A DNA stretch of 64,000 nucleotides from a virus, in UHGV virus genome UHGV-0291501; one strand, 5' to 3'. The notes below the pieces were generated by a model, which was not told the DNA's origin, did not search any database, and worked only from the letters and a program-made list of their open reading frames with translations. The stretch's first letter is position 1, and each line of letters begins with the position of its first letter. Both the position numbers and the translations under genes were made by a program. Positions 1 to 8,709 of the stretch are shown piece after piece.

Positions 1-153
1 AAATATTAGATAACCACACTCAAAGAGTCAAGAAAAATTTTAAAAATATTTTTGGCAAAACTGTAATGAAACGGGCGCACACGACTACCACAAAACAGAA
101 CACAAATCAAGAATTATTTTTCAATCCGCTACAAATTTTTCTCTTGACTTTTA

Positions 154-183
154 GGGAGAGGGGGAGTAAGAGGGGGAGAGGGG
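154..183 (+). other. G-run tract matching a canonical G-quadruplex motif (G3-N3-G5-N7-G5-N3-G4)
   Basis: Read directly: gggagagggggagtaagagggggagagggg in a non-coding stretch; folding not computed. Confidence 0.3.
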
Positions 184-206
184 TTGGTCTGGCTCTCTAT
201 AAAAAC

Positions 207-350
207 CTACCTGCACAATTCTAAAATGATTTTTCTTGCCCGACCTGAGCGGGGTCTGCACGTTTTGAAAATGATTTTTCTATCCGGCGATGAGATTTTT
301 TGGGATATCTGTACAGACCCCTACAGATACCTGCACAAATTGAAAATGAA
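207..350. repeat. Three spaced direct repeats, core CTGCAC-N8/9-AAAATGA (iteron-like)
   Basis: Copies at about 211-236, 257-282 and 331-350, plus 8-bp palindrome ctgtacag at about 308-315. ORF 184..369 here starts at TTG and its repetitive KMIFL peptide just reflects the DNA repeats. Confidence 0.45.
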
Positions 351-351
351 A

Positions 352-398
352 AAGGCCGCCTTACCTTAAATTTTTCAATGGGTTAGGCAGCCTTCTTA
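352..398 (-). terminator. Imperfect long hairpin followed by U-rich tract on minus strand (candidate terminator)
   Basis: Arms ggccgccttacc / gggttaggcagcc with about 14-nt loop; lies just downstream of minus-strand gene ending at 428. Confidence 0.3.
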
Positions 399-427
399 GA
401 TGATTTGTAGATACTATGAAGTGCTAA

Positions 428-1207
428 TCAGCTTATGAATTTGAACTTTTTAGAATACAGCAAGTAGTGAACTTCATCCTGATTTGTTGTGTAGATGTAT
501 GCTGCTGGGTAGTTATTAAAGAACACCCCTTCATATCTTCCAAACGGGTCAACTGGGAACATTTCACTGTTACACATACCCATCTCACTAACCAGAGGGT
601 AACTAACCTCAACCTTGCCATCAACAAGCTGATAGAGGGTAACTTGATTAGTCTTCCCGTCACTTAGCACGACACCATCATAGAATTGTGGTGCTGAGGT
701 AGCATACTTAGGGGTAACTACACTTGCCATTGCTTCATCATAGACGTAGAGGTACACATCAACGTTATACATAACACTATTAATGAGGCTTTTCACAGCT
801 TGTGCATCTAAACCGCCTATACCTGCCCCAATCATGGGTAAACCAATCTTACGAATGTTGTGCAGCCAGCAAAATTTACGGAGTTTTTCTAGTGACTCCA
901 CTAAGTATCGGTATGATGCACACTTCCCAACATCCAACTGTGTATATAGGTTAAAAATGTAACCATACTCCGTTCGAGCATGTGACACCTCACCAACCAT
1001 CTGGTATCCGATATCATGAGCACTGTAGCCAAACTTTTTATGGAATTTCCGGTCAGCTTCTTCAGCTTTTGGGAAAATCTTAGCAATTTTTTGAGCGATT
1101 CCAGCACCCATGAGGTTACGACAGTTGCAACCATGAGCAATTAACTCAATATCTGTGTTTTTGAAGGCAGCCAGTAAGTTACCTTTTACAACTTTTACAA
1201 TACCCAT
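428..1207 (-). CDS. Macro-domain protein (TARG1/OARD1/DarG-like N-terminal domain) with uncharacterised C-terminal extension
   Basis: N-terminal motif HGCNCRNLMGAGIAQKIAK resembles the TARG1-type macro signature; remaining ~110 aa unrecognised. Confidence 0.5.
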   Translation of the reverse strand: MGIVKVVKGNLLAAFKNTDIELIAHGCNCRNLMGAGIAQKIAKIFPKAEEADRKFHKKFGYSAHDIGYQMVGEVSHARTEYGYIFNLYTQLDVGKCASYRYLVESLEKLRKFCWLHNIRKIGLPMIGAGIGGLDAQAVKSLINSVMYNVDVYLYVYDEAMASVVTPKYATSAPQFYDGVVLSDGKTNQVTLYQLVDGKVEVSYPLVSEMGMCNSEMFPVDPFGRYEGVFFNNYPAAYIYTTNQDEVHYLLYSKKFKFIS

Positions 1208-1408
1208 TTAACATCTCTCCCAAGATTCTTTATCTTCTGAAGGTTTTACACGTTGTCCTTCGTGGTCTACCCAGATACACCCGCAACCTTCACAGATTAC
1301 TGGCATTGCATAGCCAGCTTTAAAGTCATCTTCAGTGATAAGACCTTTTAAGTCACCTGTATCACGTCCGAACATTTCGATAGAACAGTCTTTGCAGAAG
1401 TCAGCCAT
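1208..1408 (-). CDS. Small Cys-rich protein, probable zinc-binding, hypothetical
   Basis: 66 aa with CKDC ... CEGCGC pattern; tightly packed in the minus-strand operon. Confidence 0.45.
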   Translation of the reverse strand: MADFCKDCSIEMFGRDTGDLKGLITEDDFKAGYAMPVICEGCGCIWVDHEGQRVKPSEDKESWERC

Positions 1409-1420
1409 ATAATATACACC

Positions 1421-1648
1421 TTATAGTTCAGTTTCTCGTAATTCTTTGCCTTCATCATAGAAGCATTTATAAAATGTATCTATAGAAATTCTGGCAAAGG
1501 TGAGGTCTTCAAAGTATTCTTCTGGAGTTATCCCTGTGAAACTAAAGTTATCGAGATTGTAAAACGGTATCACTGTGTCGTCACTAACGAAAACACATGC
1601 TGATGTAACTTCTCCAGTGTCTTTATCAATTACCTCTAGAGCTTTCAT
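1421..1648 (-). CDS. Hypothetical protein
   Basis: 75-aa ORF in operon context; no recognisable motif. Confidence 0.4.
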   Translation of the reverse strand: MKALEVIDKDTGEVTSACVFVSDDTVIPFYNLDNFSFTGITPEEYFEDLTFARISIDTFYKCFYDEGKELRETEL

Positions 1649-1955
1649 AGTTTACCTTCTCAGTTAGCTCATATAAATCAACATGCTCAATACTGTCAAT
1701 GTTGATATCAATCTTTTTGAAACGTTCTATCACTTCGTTGTCAGTCATCCATATCAGACACCAATGATTCTGGATGGATTCTTCAAGAAGGTCAACACAA
1801 TCTTTAAAAGTTTTTGTATCACTTCTTGTTCCAACTACTGCGATTGTCCCATACAACCACTTACCATTGCCATAAGATACTTGTGCTACGCCAACTTCTT
1901 TATCTTTCTCGTAGTAAACGGCTACAAAGTCTCTTCCATTAATCTGCATAGTCAC
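1626..1955 (-). CDS. Hypothetical protein
   Basis: 109-aa ORF; start overlaps upstream stop; no motif. Confidence 0.45.
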   Translation of the reverse strand: MTMQINGRDFVAVYYEKDKEVGVAQVSYGNGKWLYGTIAVVGTRSDTKTFKDCVDLLEESIQNHWCLIWMTDNEVIERFKKIDINIDSIEHVDLYELTEKVNYESSRGN

Positions 1956-2221
1956 TTCCTCGTTTTAAGAACTGCTAAGATTTCTTTAGAATCTGGTAAG
2001 AACCATGTGTAGTGATTCTCTTTGATTTCTGGATGAGTGTCAACCTTTATTTTGCAATCTTTACCAACATGCTTAAGCTGTGCTGTGACACCTTGCATAA
2101 AGATATGACACATCACATTATCCATAATGGTTGGTAAGAAATCGATTCGCATATAAGTTTCTTTTGGTCGTGGCAACAGTAAGTAACCTTCTACATAGAA
2201 AGTGTCTTGATTCTCTGTCAT
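1952..2221 (-). CDS. Hypothetical protein
   Basis: 89-aa ORF; ATGA-type overlap with neighbour. Confidence 0.45.
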   Translation of the reverse strand: MTENQDTFYVEGYLLLPRPKETYMRIDFLPTIMDNVMCHIFMQGVTAQLKHVGKDCKIKVDTHPEIKENHYTWFLPDSKEILAVLKTRK

Positions 2222-2487
2222 TGCTGCTTATTCCCTAATAAAATCATGTCAATAAGGTTATTAGCTTTAATTGTACACTGGTAAAAGCCGTCACGGTAGA
2301 ACTCAAGTGCTGCTGCTACATCACTGCCTGTGTTGCCTTTGATGATATACCGTGATTCTTCTTGAGTGTACTTATCACTCTCACTTACTTGGGAGTTTTT
2401 GAATGTACTGTTCACTTTGTTCGTTGAACACCCTGACATAATTATCAGTAACACAAACATTATAAAACTCTGGCTTAGTTTTTTCAT
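2218..2487 (-). CDS. Putative lipoprotein, possible o-spanin (Rz1-like)
   Basis: Signal peptide with lipobox (LLIIMSGC); out-of-frame overlap with the 3-prime end of 2381..2728; RBS gaggt upstream. Not Pro-rich, so the spanin call is tentative. Confidence 0.35.
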   Translation of the reverse strand: MKKLSQSFIMFVLLIIMSGCSTNKVNSTFKNSQVSESDKYTQEESRYIIKGNTGSDVAAALEFYRDGFYQCTIKANNLIDMILLGNKQQ

Positions 2488-2728
2488 ATGTTAGTACCTC
2501 TTTTGTGTGCTTATTCTTAGCAAGCACATCTTTCAAATCATTTTTGTAATTGGTGCTCAGTGTAGCTAATCCTTCCTGATAAGCATCTTTAGCAACACTT
2601 ATCAGCTTCTCATTATTTAGCTCAGTTTCAGCAACTTGGTAGTCTCTGTAAGAGTATCCTCCCCAGACACCTGCCCCAACTAAGAAAACAATTATGAAAG
2701 TAGCTTGACAGAACTCTTTAAATGTCAT
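2381..2728 (-). CDS. Membrane-anchored coiled-coil protein, possible i-spanin (Rz-like)
   Basis: N-terminal TM helix (FIIVFLVGAGVWGG) then charged helical region; overlapped by the lipoprotein ORF in another frame. Confidence 0.35.
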   Translation of the reverse strand: MTFKEFCQATFIIVFLVGAGVWGGYSYRDYQVAETELNNEKLISVAKDAYQEGLATLSTNYKNDLKDVLAKNKHTKEVLTYEKTKPEFYNVCVTDNYVRVFNEQSEQYIQKLPSK

Positions 2729-2740
2729 TTAACAATCTCC

Positions 2741-2768
2741 TGAAATGAAAAAGGCTCCCGAAGGAGCC
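2741..2768 (-). terminator. Rho-independent terminator
   Basis: Hairpin ggctcc-cgaa-ggagcc followed on minus strand by UUUUUCAUUU; sits between genes ending 2781 and starting 2728. Confidence 0.6.
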
Positions 2769-2780
2769 TGTATCTTAACC

Positions 2781-3260
2781 TTAACCGAGGACTTTAGCAA
2801 GGATATTCGCAGCCATCGAAGAAGCTTTTGCAGCAGCAACTACGCCAGCTTTGACAGTGCTATCCTTAATAGCAGATACCGTTGCAGCATCAGTAAAGAG
2901 ATAAGTGATTGTTTTGGAACCACTTGTAAAGGAAAGCATAAGAGTAGTTTCCAGATTGAAAGAGCGATACGGAGCACCTTCTTTAACGATACCTTCAGCA
3001 CCTAACTCTGAAGCCTTACCCATATCATAGATAGTCATCAGGTTTTCTTTGTGTGCAGTCGTTGAACCAACACCTTTTACGTGCTTCTTAACGTTCAACA
3101 ATGCACGATATTCGCGAATGCTACCATCAGCTTTTACATTAACAGCACGGAAAATTTTACCTTCAAAGTTACCTTGAATCATTTTACGAACTACTTCAGA
3201 TTTGTTTGCCGTATCGTCCAGTGCTACCGTAATGATATTGTTCATAAGTTCTTCTCTCAA
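2781..3260 (-). CDS. Hypothetical protein
   Basis: 159-aa ORF; an alternative start at 3245 (MNNIIT) has a better purine-rich RBS. Confidence 0.45.
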   Translation of the reverse strand: MREELMNNIITVALDDTANKSEVVRKMIQGNFEGKIFRAVNVKADGSIREYRALLNVKKHVKGVGSTTAHKENLMTIYDMGKASELGAEGIVKEGAPYRSFNLETTLMLSFTSGSKTITYLFTDAATVSAIKDSTVKAGVVAAAKASSMAANILAKVLG

Positions 3261-3952
3261 TGTTTAACTAACATAGTTTTAATGTGTGGAAGGATTCTGT
3301 TTACCTTCTGAACATTCTTCTCTGTATCTTCTATAAAGCATACTATATTAAAGTAAGGAAGAATGCAAGACTGAATCATCCTCACTTTCAAACTTTCTGC
3401 ACTTATAGAGTTAGTTCCAAAACCACGCATAAAAAGCAAGTAATCATGCTCTATATTGTGCCTTAAAAAAATCTCAGTAGGTATTCTCTGAGATTCACCT
3501 CTTGCTGTCAAGAGTCCAACTGCTGCATGATTTGCAATTGCATCAATAATGTTGAAAACATATGTTGGCTTTGCTCTTACAGAATCAAGAAGATTAGTGT
3601 ACTGTGAGAATGACCCATCAGTCAATTCCGTTGAGCAATCTTCGTGATTAAAATTTGTAAGAACACCATCAATATCTGCTAAGATGAGGTTACCTTTTTC
3701 TACAAGGTCTTTATTGACTATCACTAAACTATCACGCCTTACACCTATAGTTTGTCCAGTCTCTTTGTCCACAACGTTCACAATGGGTTCTGATGTGTGG
3801 AACTCTTCAAGTGAACATACAACCTCTCTTGCAGTGTCTTCAAAATCTCTGCACTGTTCTGGAGTCCATACACAGGAATCAAGACCTAACTCATGAGGAT
3901 GCAAGTCATAAGCGTGGCACAGGACTTCATCAGACTTTCTTAATTTTTTCAT
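3257..3952 (-). CDS. HAD-superfamily phosphatase-like protein (possibly 5-prime(3-prime)-deoxyribonucleotidase-like)
   Basis: Motif ILADIDGVLTNF (HAD motif I DxDG) and LLTARGES (motif II-like); N-terminal ~80 aa unrecognised. Confidence 0.4.
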   Translation of the reverse strand: MKKLRKSDEVLCHAYDLHPHELGLDSCVWTPEQCRDFEDTAREVVCSLEEFHTSEPIVNVVDKETGQTIGVRRDSLVIVNKDLVEKGNLILADIDGVLTNFNHEDCSTELTDGSFSQYTNLLDSVRAKPTYVFNIIDAIANHAAVGLLTARGESQRIPTEIFLRHNIEHDYLLFMRGFGTNSISAESLKVRMIQSCILPYFNIVCFIEDTEKNVQKVNRILPHIKTMLVKH

Positions 3953-4478
3953 GATTTACCTTAGAAATGTTTGTTGCAAATTCACATTGAGCGATAACTT
4001 TCATATTGTTATAGACATCTTGAGAGTATTTCTTAGCTTTAGGGATTCTATACGAATACCCAGCATTATATGATGCTAAAACTTTTTGTAAAGTCTTCTT
4101 TGACTTTGGGTGACCATGTACCTTCGTCCAAAACTCAAGCTCTTTATGTGTTTCTTTTGCGGCATAGTCAAAATCTTTTAAGAGTTTCTTTTTAGCAACA
4201 TTAGGACTAATTTTGTTACGCTTTACAACAGTCTTCAAGTGATTCTGGAAGATACCATAGTCATGGGTCTTTTTATTTTCTACCTTCAGACCTAACTCTG
4301 ACTCTTGTAAGGCTATAGCTGCTAGAGTGATACCCCAACCTTTACCCATGTTATTCTCACCATACTGGTAAGCTTTTAACATGTTCACTTTTTGGCTAAT
4401 TGATAGCTCTGGGCAGTCAACTGCATAAGATAAGTGTGCTGTAAACATTAAGCACAAACCTAGAATCAATTTCTTCAT
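3930..4478 (-). CDS. Secreted lytic transglycosylase-like protein (SLT domain); candidate endolysin or cell-wall remodelling enzyme
   Basis: N-terminal signal peptide MKKLILGLCLMFTAHLSYA; catalytic-type motif ALQESELG ... DYGIFQNH. Confidence 0.5.
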   Translation of the reverse strand: MKKLILGLCLMFTAHLSYAVDCPELSISQKVNMLKAYQYGENNMGKGWGITLAAIALQESELGLKVENKKTHDYGIFQNHLKTVVKRNKISPNVAKKKLLKDFDYAAKETHKELEFWTKVHGHPKSKKTLQKVLASYNAGYSYRIPKAKKYSQDVYNNMKVIAQCEFATNISKVNHEKIKKV

Positions 4479-4532
4479 TGGTTCTCCTGTTTAGTTTATC
4501 GTGACAACAATTATACAGCACTCTGCACAAAA

Positions 4533-4563
4533 TACAAATAAAAAAGGCCGCCGAAGCAGCCTT
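4533..4563 (-). terminator. Rho-independent terminator
   Basis: Minus-strand RNA GGCUGC-UUCG-GCGGCC (one G-U pair) followed by UUUUUUAUUU; downstream of gene ending 4579. Confidence 0.55.
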
Positions 4564-4578
4564 TTAAGAAATTACTTA

Positions 4579-5688
4579 TTAGATTTCACGTTTACGTTGA
4601 GAGATGAGTTCACCAGCGGTGCCAACGATGACATGCAAAGCTTCAGTCTTACCGTCCCATGCTTCCAGCACTTTACGTTGATTATCAACGATTGCTGCAA
4701 CTTCATAACGAGAGGAACGCATCTTCATATCGTTGTAATCAGTTGGAACAGATACAACATCTCGTGGATGTACGCGAACCTTCAGGATTGTATCACCTGA
4801 GAAGCAACGAACATAATCCCAAGCACCAACATGAAGACCTTGAGAGCAAGTTACGTTACGGTTATTATCAACCATCCAACGTGGCATTTCTACAATGTTA
4901 CCCAAATCATTAGGCACTTTGTAGGTGTGAGAGTCAACCAGCTTGCCTTCACGAGTAGAGACTTTCTTCCAACCAATGATGTAGCCTTCTTCATCAATCT
5001 CAACATCAAGGTGAGATACAAATCCCCAAAGTTGTTCTACAGAATCTTTAGATGGGTTTTCCATCAGTTTTTCGAAGAACATTACAAGTCGTTCAAAACC
5101 TTTATCGCCAGTTTTCATCATGTGAAGAATACGGTCAACCAGAGTAGAACGCATCTCAACAGCACCGTAGAATAGCTTGTCACCTTTGATTGTGATAGCG
5201 CCCTGAGTGAAGTTTTCGATAGACTTACGAATGTTCATCAGTTCAAAGGCTTTCTTAAACTCACCTTTCACAACATGAACTACAATCTCTTGATAGTTCG
5301 GATGAGTAGATTCAACAATTTCAGACTCTGAACCGTAAGTCATAATTACAGAGTCACCAGTAATCATGTACTCAATCTTGTCATCTTTCTGCATAGCTTC
5401 ATGCAGTTTATTTACTGGAGCTTTCTGTACAGCCTCTTTAACAACCTTTTCAACTGGTTTGCCAGTTTTCTTTTTAACTGACTTAGCAACTTGCTTTAGG
5501 GTCTTCTTAGCTGGCTTAGAAGTTGCCTTTTTCTTACCTTTTAAGGTTGCTTCATGACGCTCTACAGCACGACCAACTGAACGGGTTGAAGTATTGAACT
5601 TCTGTGCGATAGCTGTTTTAGTCAGCTTACCTTCTTTAACCAGTTCGTAAATTTCTGCGTCAATCTGTGCTTTAGTTTTAGTAGTCAT
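4579..5688 (-). CDS. rIIB: rIIB-like protein
   Basis: Immediately downstream of the rIIA-like gene as in T4; central region (LFYGAVEMRSTLVDRIL ... ENPSKD ... EEGYIIGWKKV) resembles rIIB as I recall it; lysine-rich N-terminal linker. Confidence 0.45.
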   Translation of the reverse strand: MTTKTKAQIDAEIYELVKEGKLTKTAIAQKFNTSTRSVGRAVERHEATLKGKKKATSKPAKKTLKQVAKSVKKKTGKPVEKVVKEAVQKAPVNKLHEAMQKDDKIEYMITGDSVIMTYGSESEIVESTHPNYQEIVVHVVKGEFKKAFELMNIRKSIENFTQGAITIKGDKLFYGAVEMRSTLVDRILHMMKTGDKGFERLVMFFEKLMENPSKDSVEQLWGFVSHLDVEIDEEGYIIGWKKVSTREGKLVDSHTYKVPNDLGNIVEMPRWMVDNNRNVTCSQGLHVGAWDYVRCFSGDTILKVRVHPRDVVSVPTDYNDMKMRSSRYEVAAIVDNQRKVLEAWDGKTEALHVIVGTAGELISQRKREI

Positions 5689-5767
5689 CTTATTACTCTC
5701 TCTTGTTAGTTAATAAATCATTTTGTAATGCTATTCTAAGGGGCTTTAAAGCCCCTTGTCAAACACT

Positions 5768-8134
5768 TTAATCGTAAATTGTAGTCCCTTCTGGAACACA
5801 CTTCACATCAAAGCCTAAGAACTTACTCACTTCGATGGGTGACACTTTATTCCAATCTAAATGAGAAAGCAAGAAGTTTTCTTGTTTTCTTTTTGAAAGG
5901 TAGTTTGTCACCTTAATGACCATACGGTCACCAGCTTTCTTAATTTTCTTGTACAGCTTTGTATCATTGTCAAGGCAGTCTTTCAAAGTTTGCAACCTAC
6001 TAATAGTGTAAGTATATGCAAACGGTGCAGCAACGTATTGGATTTTACCAAACATTGCCTCTACAGCATCTTCATTGCCTTCTAAGAAGATAGTTTTGTT
6101 TGTATCCCGTGAATAACAATAGCCACGAGAAATCTTCCTGTTATTGAACGTAAAGTTTCTGGCAATAATCCAACTGCTTGTAAGGTCGAGGACACCATTC
6201 ATATAGATACGTGTCATATACCTGTTATGATTAATCCAATGAACATCAGTTAAGCTGTCGTTCAAGAGCTTCTCATCTACTTCAATCCAGTCTTCTGGTA
6301 TCTTTTTCCAATTTGCTTTTCGGAAAACATAGACTGTCTTACCTGTAACATTAGCAACTGACTTAGCTACATCTTCTGGAGATGAGCAAAAACATTCGCC
6401 ATCAACTGTGTCACCAACTGCCTTAATGTAAAGCTGAGGTTCTTCAATTGTATCAAAGTCCTCTGAAACCTCTTTATAGGAAGCTACACCTTCTGCTGGA
6501 ACAGCTTTCCAGAGTTTTACAACACCTCTTACAGCTTCTTTACGCTGATAATGGTGTTCCTTATCAGACATCTTCACAATCTTTAACAAGCTTTTATCAA
6601 GTTTGTGCAGATTGATTAGGTCGTCTAACTCTTTTTCAGTCGAGAATACAAAGACAATACCATTGTATCTGTGAAACAGACTAGACTCACTGGCATAGTC
6701 TCGACATGCACCACGCAAGATTTGATTGCGTCCTACAGTCTTCTCAGTACCGTTTTTATTGCGACGGTCATTTATAACAAACAAAAACTGTTCAATTTGG
6801 CTTTTACGCATTGCGCCAAAGATATTGAACATACTTGCCTCTTGAGTGTAGGAAAGCGATGTTGCACGAATCTTACTCTCTAAAGAGTTGAACTTGACAT
6901 AAGCAACTGGGTCATAAAGATAATCTACTTTAGGTATATTGTTCCCGTTCCTATCAACCTTAATATTACCTTTACCGTCACGTTCATAAATGACTGAGCC
7001 GTCTTCTGCGTAGATAATTCCACGACGAATGTTTAGTAATTCTTCTTCCAGAGAATCAAGCTTAACACCACCCCACTCTAGCTTTGGACACACAGCATTA
7101 AACATCTCTCGTGAGTTCAAACGTAACTCAGCATAAGCCTGTGCAGCATCCATGAGTGTGGGCTGATTGTTAATCTTTTTGATAACATCCTTTGTAATGG
7201 CTTCAGTTATCTTTTTGGTAGCCTCAATGATGACATTTTTTGTCGTATCATTCATCTGCAATGCTTCACGAGAAGCTGCAATAGCAACTGAACCAATAGG
7301 CATGTAGATGTTTACAAGGTCTACGCTCCTACGGAAAAATTCTGGCAATACTTTGAAGAAATCATCACCAAGTAATGCTTCCATGTTAACAGGGTAGGCA
7401 ATGTTACCCATCACCACATTAAACTCTGTCCTGTTATCACTAGAACGCCAGCTGTGCTTATGAATCATGGCATCATAAACACCTTCTTCACGGGCAATGA
7501 CGTTCATATCTGCTAATACATCGTCGTACTCAATATTACTTTCTGGTTTTACAGTGAAGTATGAGTACACATTCCCAGCTTCTTCAAAGAACTTTGAGAT
7601 ACGGTGGTCAGCAACCGCCACACGTACAGCTAAACCATTAGGTTCTTTTGTTGGGTTAGTTGTCAGCTTAGTTACTTGAGGGATACCATTCTCAAGATAA
7701 ACAGAGTACTTATTAACAACACCATCAACATAGCTAGATACTGTGAATGACTGAGCAATTGCAAATGGTGACTTTGAGCCGATACCCATTGCACCAATGT
7801 AGTCATTAGAGTCATTCTTCGTAGAAGCTCCATAGTTTAGGTACAAACTCATAACTTTATCATGAGTCAATCCAGTTCCAAAATCACGAACTTCGAAGTA
7901 AGGCTCAAAACGAGTAGGTAAATGCACATGGAACGGGATGTTCTCTTTTCCAGCCTCTTTCTGAGCATCTACTGCGTTACATGACAGTTCACGAATCACT
8001 GCCCTTTCTTTAAAGGTATATACACCAGAACTCAAAAGGCTGAACATTTCAGGTGTCATTGTAATCTGTGCTTGAGACGTCTCTAAAGAAGTTGAACTCT
8101 TAATCACTTCTGCGTGGTCGTTTACCATGCGCAT
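5768..8134 (-). CDS. rIIA: rIIA-like protein with N-terminal GHKL-type ATPase domain
   Basis: 788 aa; N-box-like CNAVDA, G-box-like RDFGTGL and AMGIGSKS; followed by rIIB-like gene. Confidence 0.55.
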   Translation of the reverse strand: MRMVNDHAEVIKSSTSLETSQAQITMTPEMFSLLSSGVYTFKERAVIRELSCNAVDAQKEAGKENIPFHVHLPTRFEPYFEVRDFGTGLTHDKVMSLYLNYGASTKNDSNDYIGAMGIGSKSPFAIAQSFTVSSYVDGVVNKYSVYLENGIPQVTKLTTNPTKEPNGLAVRVAVADHRISKFFEEAGNVYSYFTVKPESNIEYDDVLADMNVIAREEGVYDAMIHKHSWRSSDNRTEFNVVMGNIAYPVNMEALLGDDFFKVLPEFFRRSVDLVNIYMPIGSVAIAASREALQMNDTTKNVIIEATKKITEAITKDVIKKINNQPTLMDAAQAYAELRLNSREMFNAVCPKLEWGGVKLDSLEEELLNIRRGIIYAEDGSVIYERDGKGNIKVDRNGNNIPKVDYLYDPVAYVKFNSLESKIRATSLSYTQEASMFNIFGAMRKSQIEQFLFVINDRRNKNGTEKTVGRNQILRGACRDYASESSLFHRYNGIVFVFSTEKELDDLINLHKLDKSLLKIVKMSDKEHHYQRKEAVRGVVKLWKAVPAEGVASYKEVSEDFDTIEEPQLYIKAVGDTVDGECFCSSPEDVAKSVANVTGKTVYVFRKANWKKIPEDWIEVDEKLLNDSLTDVHWINHNRYMTRIYMNGVLDLTSSWIIARNFTFNNRKISRGYCYSRDTNKTIFLEGNEDAVEAMFGKIQYVAAPFAYTYTISRLQTLKDCLDNDTKLYKKIKKAGDRMVIKVTNYLSKRKQENFLLSHLDWNKVSPIEVSKFLGFDVKCVPEGTTIYD

Positions 8135-8162
8135 AATACTTTCCTCTTAGTTTACTGTTAAA

Positions 8163-8339
8163 TTACTTGTTAAACATTTTACCAGAACCACCACACATAG
8201 GGCAACAACCTGCTCTTGTATAACCTTCCCCATTACAGTAGTCACATTTTTTGTGCTCTGCATAGTACTTACAAAGAAGGTAAACAAACACTGCTACGCC
8301 ACCAAGTGACAGTAAAATTTCTATCCAATATGCTTGCAT
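8163..8339 (-). CDS. Unannotated small membrane protein with DnaJ-type CxxCxGxG zinc-finger repeats (58 aa)
   Basis: Below the track's 60-aa cutoff. ATG at 8339 with RBS gaggtgag; translation MQAYWIEILLSLGGVAVFVYLLCKYYAEHKKCDYCNGEGYTRAGCCPMCGGSGKMFNK; overlaps the upstream stop by 19 nt. Confidence 0.35.
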   Translation of the reverse strand: MQAYWIEILLSLGGVAVFVYLLCKYYAEHKKCDYCNGEGYTRAGCCPMCGGSGKMFNK

Positions 8340-8656
8340 GACTCACCTCTCATATTCTTGTAAAGGATAAAGCTTCTGTCATGGACGATACTTGTAGATA
8401 CTGCAAAGTTACTTTCAAGCATCTGTTTATTTGGATTGTAGAAGCTTTCTTTAAACTCGTCAAGTGCAAATTGGTGATTGTCTGGAAGACCTTTTACACA
8501 GACCTTTATTGTGATTGCTGCTGCAATCTTACCAGTCAGTTCTTCTTTAGCTGCTACTAAAATTTTGTTAAGGAACTTATGACCATTTTCAGGTTTCTTG
8601 ATGTTCTCCCAACGTTCCTCTAAGACGATGTTGATGTTCATCTCTTTGATTTTCAT
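8321..8656 (-). CDS. Hypothetical protein
   Basis: 111-aa ORF directly after a terminator; no motif. Confidence 0.45.
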   Translation of the reverse strand: MKIKEMNINIVLEERWENIKKPENGHKFLNKILVAAKEELTGKIAAAITIKVCVKGLPDNHQFALDEFKESFYNPNKQMLESNFAVSTSIVHDRSFILYKNMRGESCKHIG

Positions 8657-8667
8657 AATCTTCTCCA

Positions 8668-8694
8668 GAAATTAAAAAGGCTCCCGTAGGAGCC
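8668..8694 (-). terminator. Rho-independent terminator
   Basis: Hairpin ggctcc-cgta-ggagcc with minus-strand U5 tract; downstream of NAMPT-like gene. Confidence 0.6.
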
Positions 8695-8709
8695 TCTTAT
8701 CATATACTT

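Noticed and set aside
184-369. Track ORF of 61 aa on the plus strand in the left-end region
   Set aside because: Starts at TTG, has no RBS, and its repetitive peptide (KMIFL twice) simply mirrors the DNA direct repeats; more likely non-coding.
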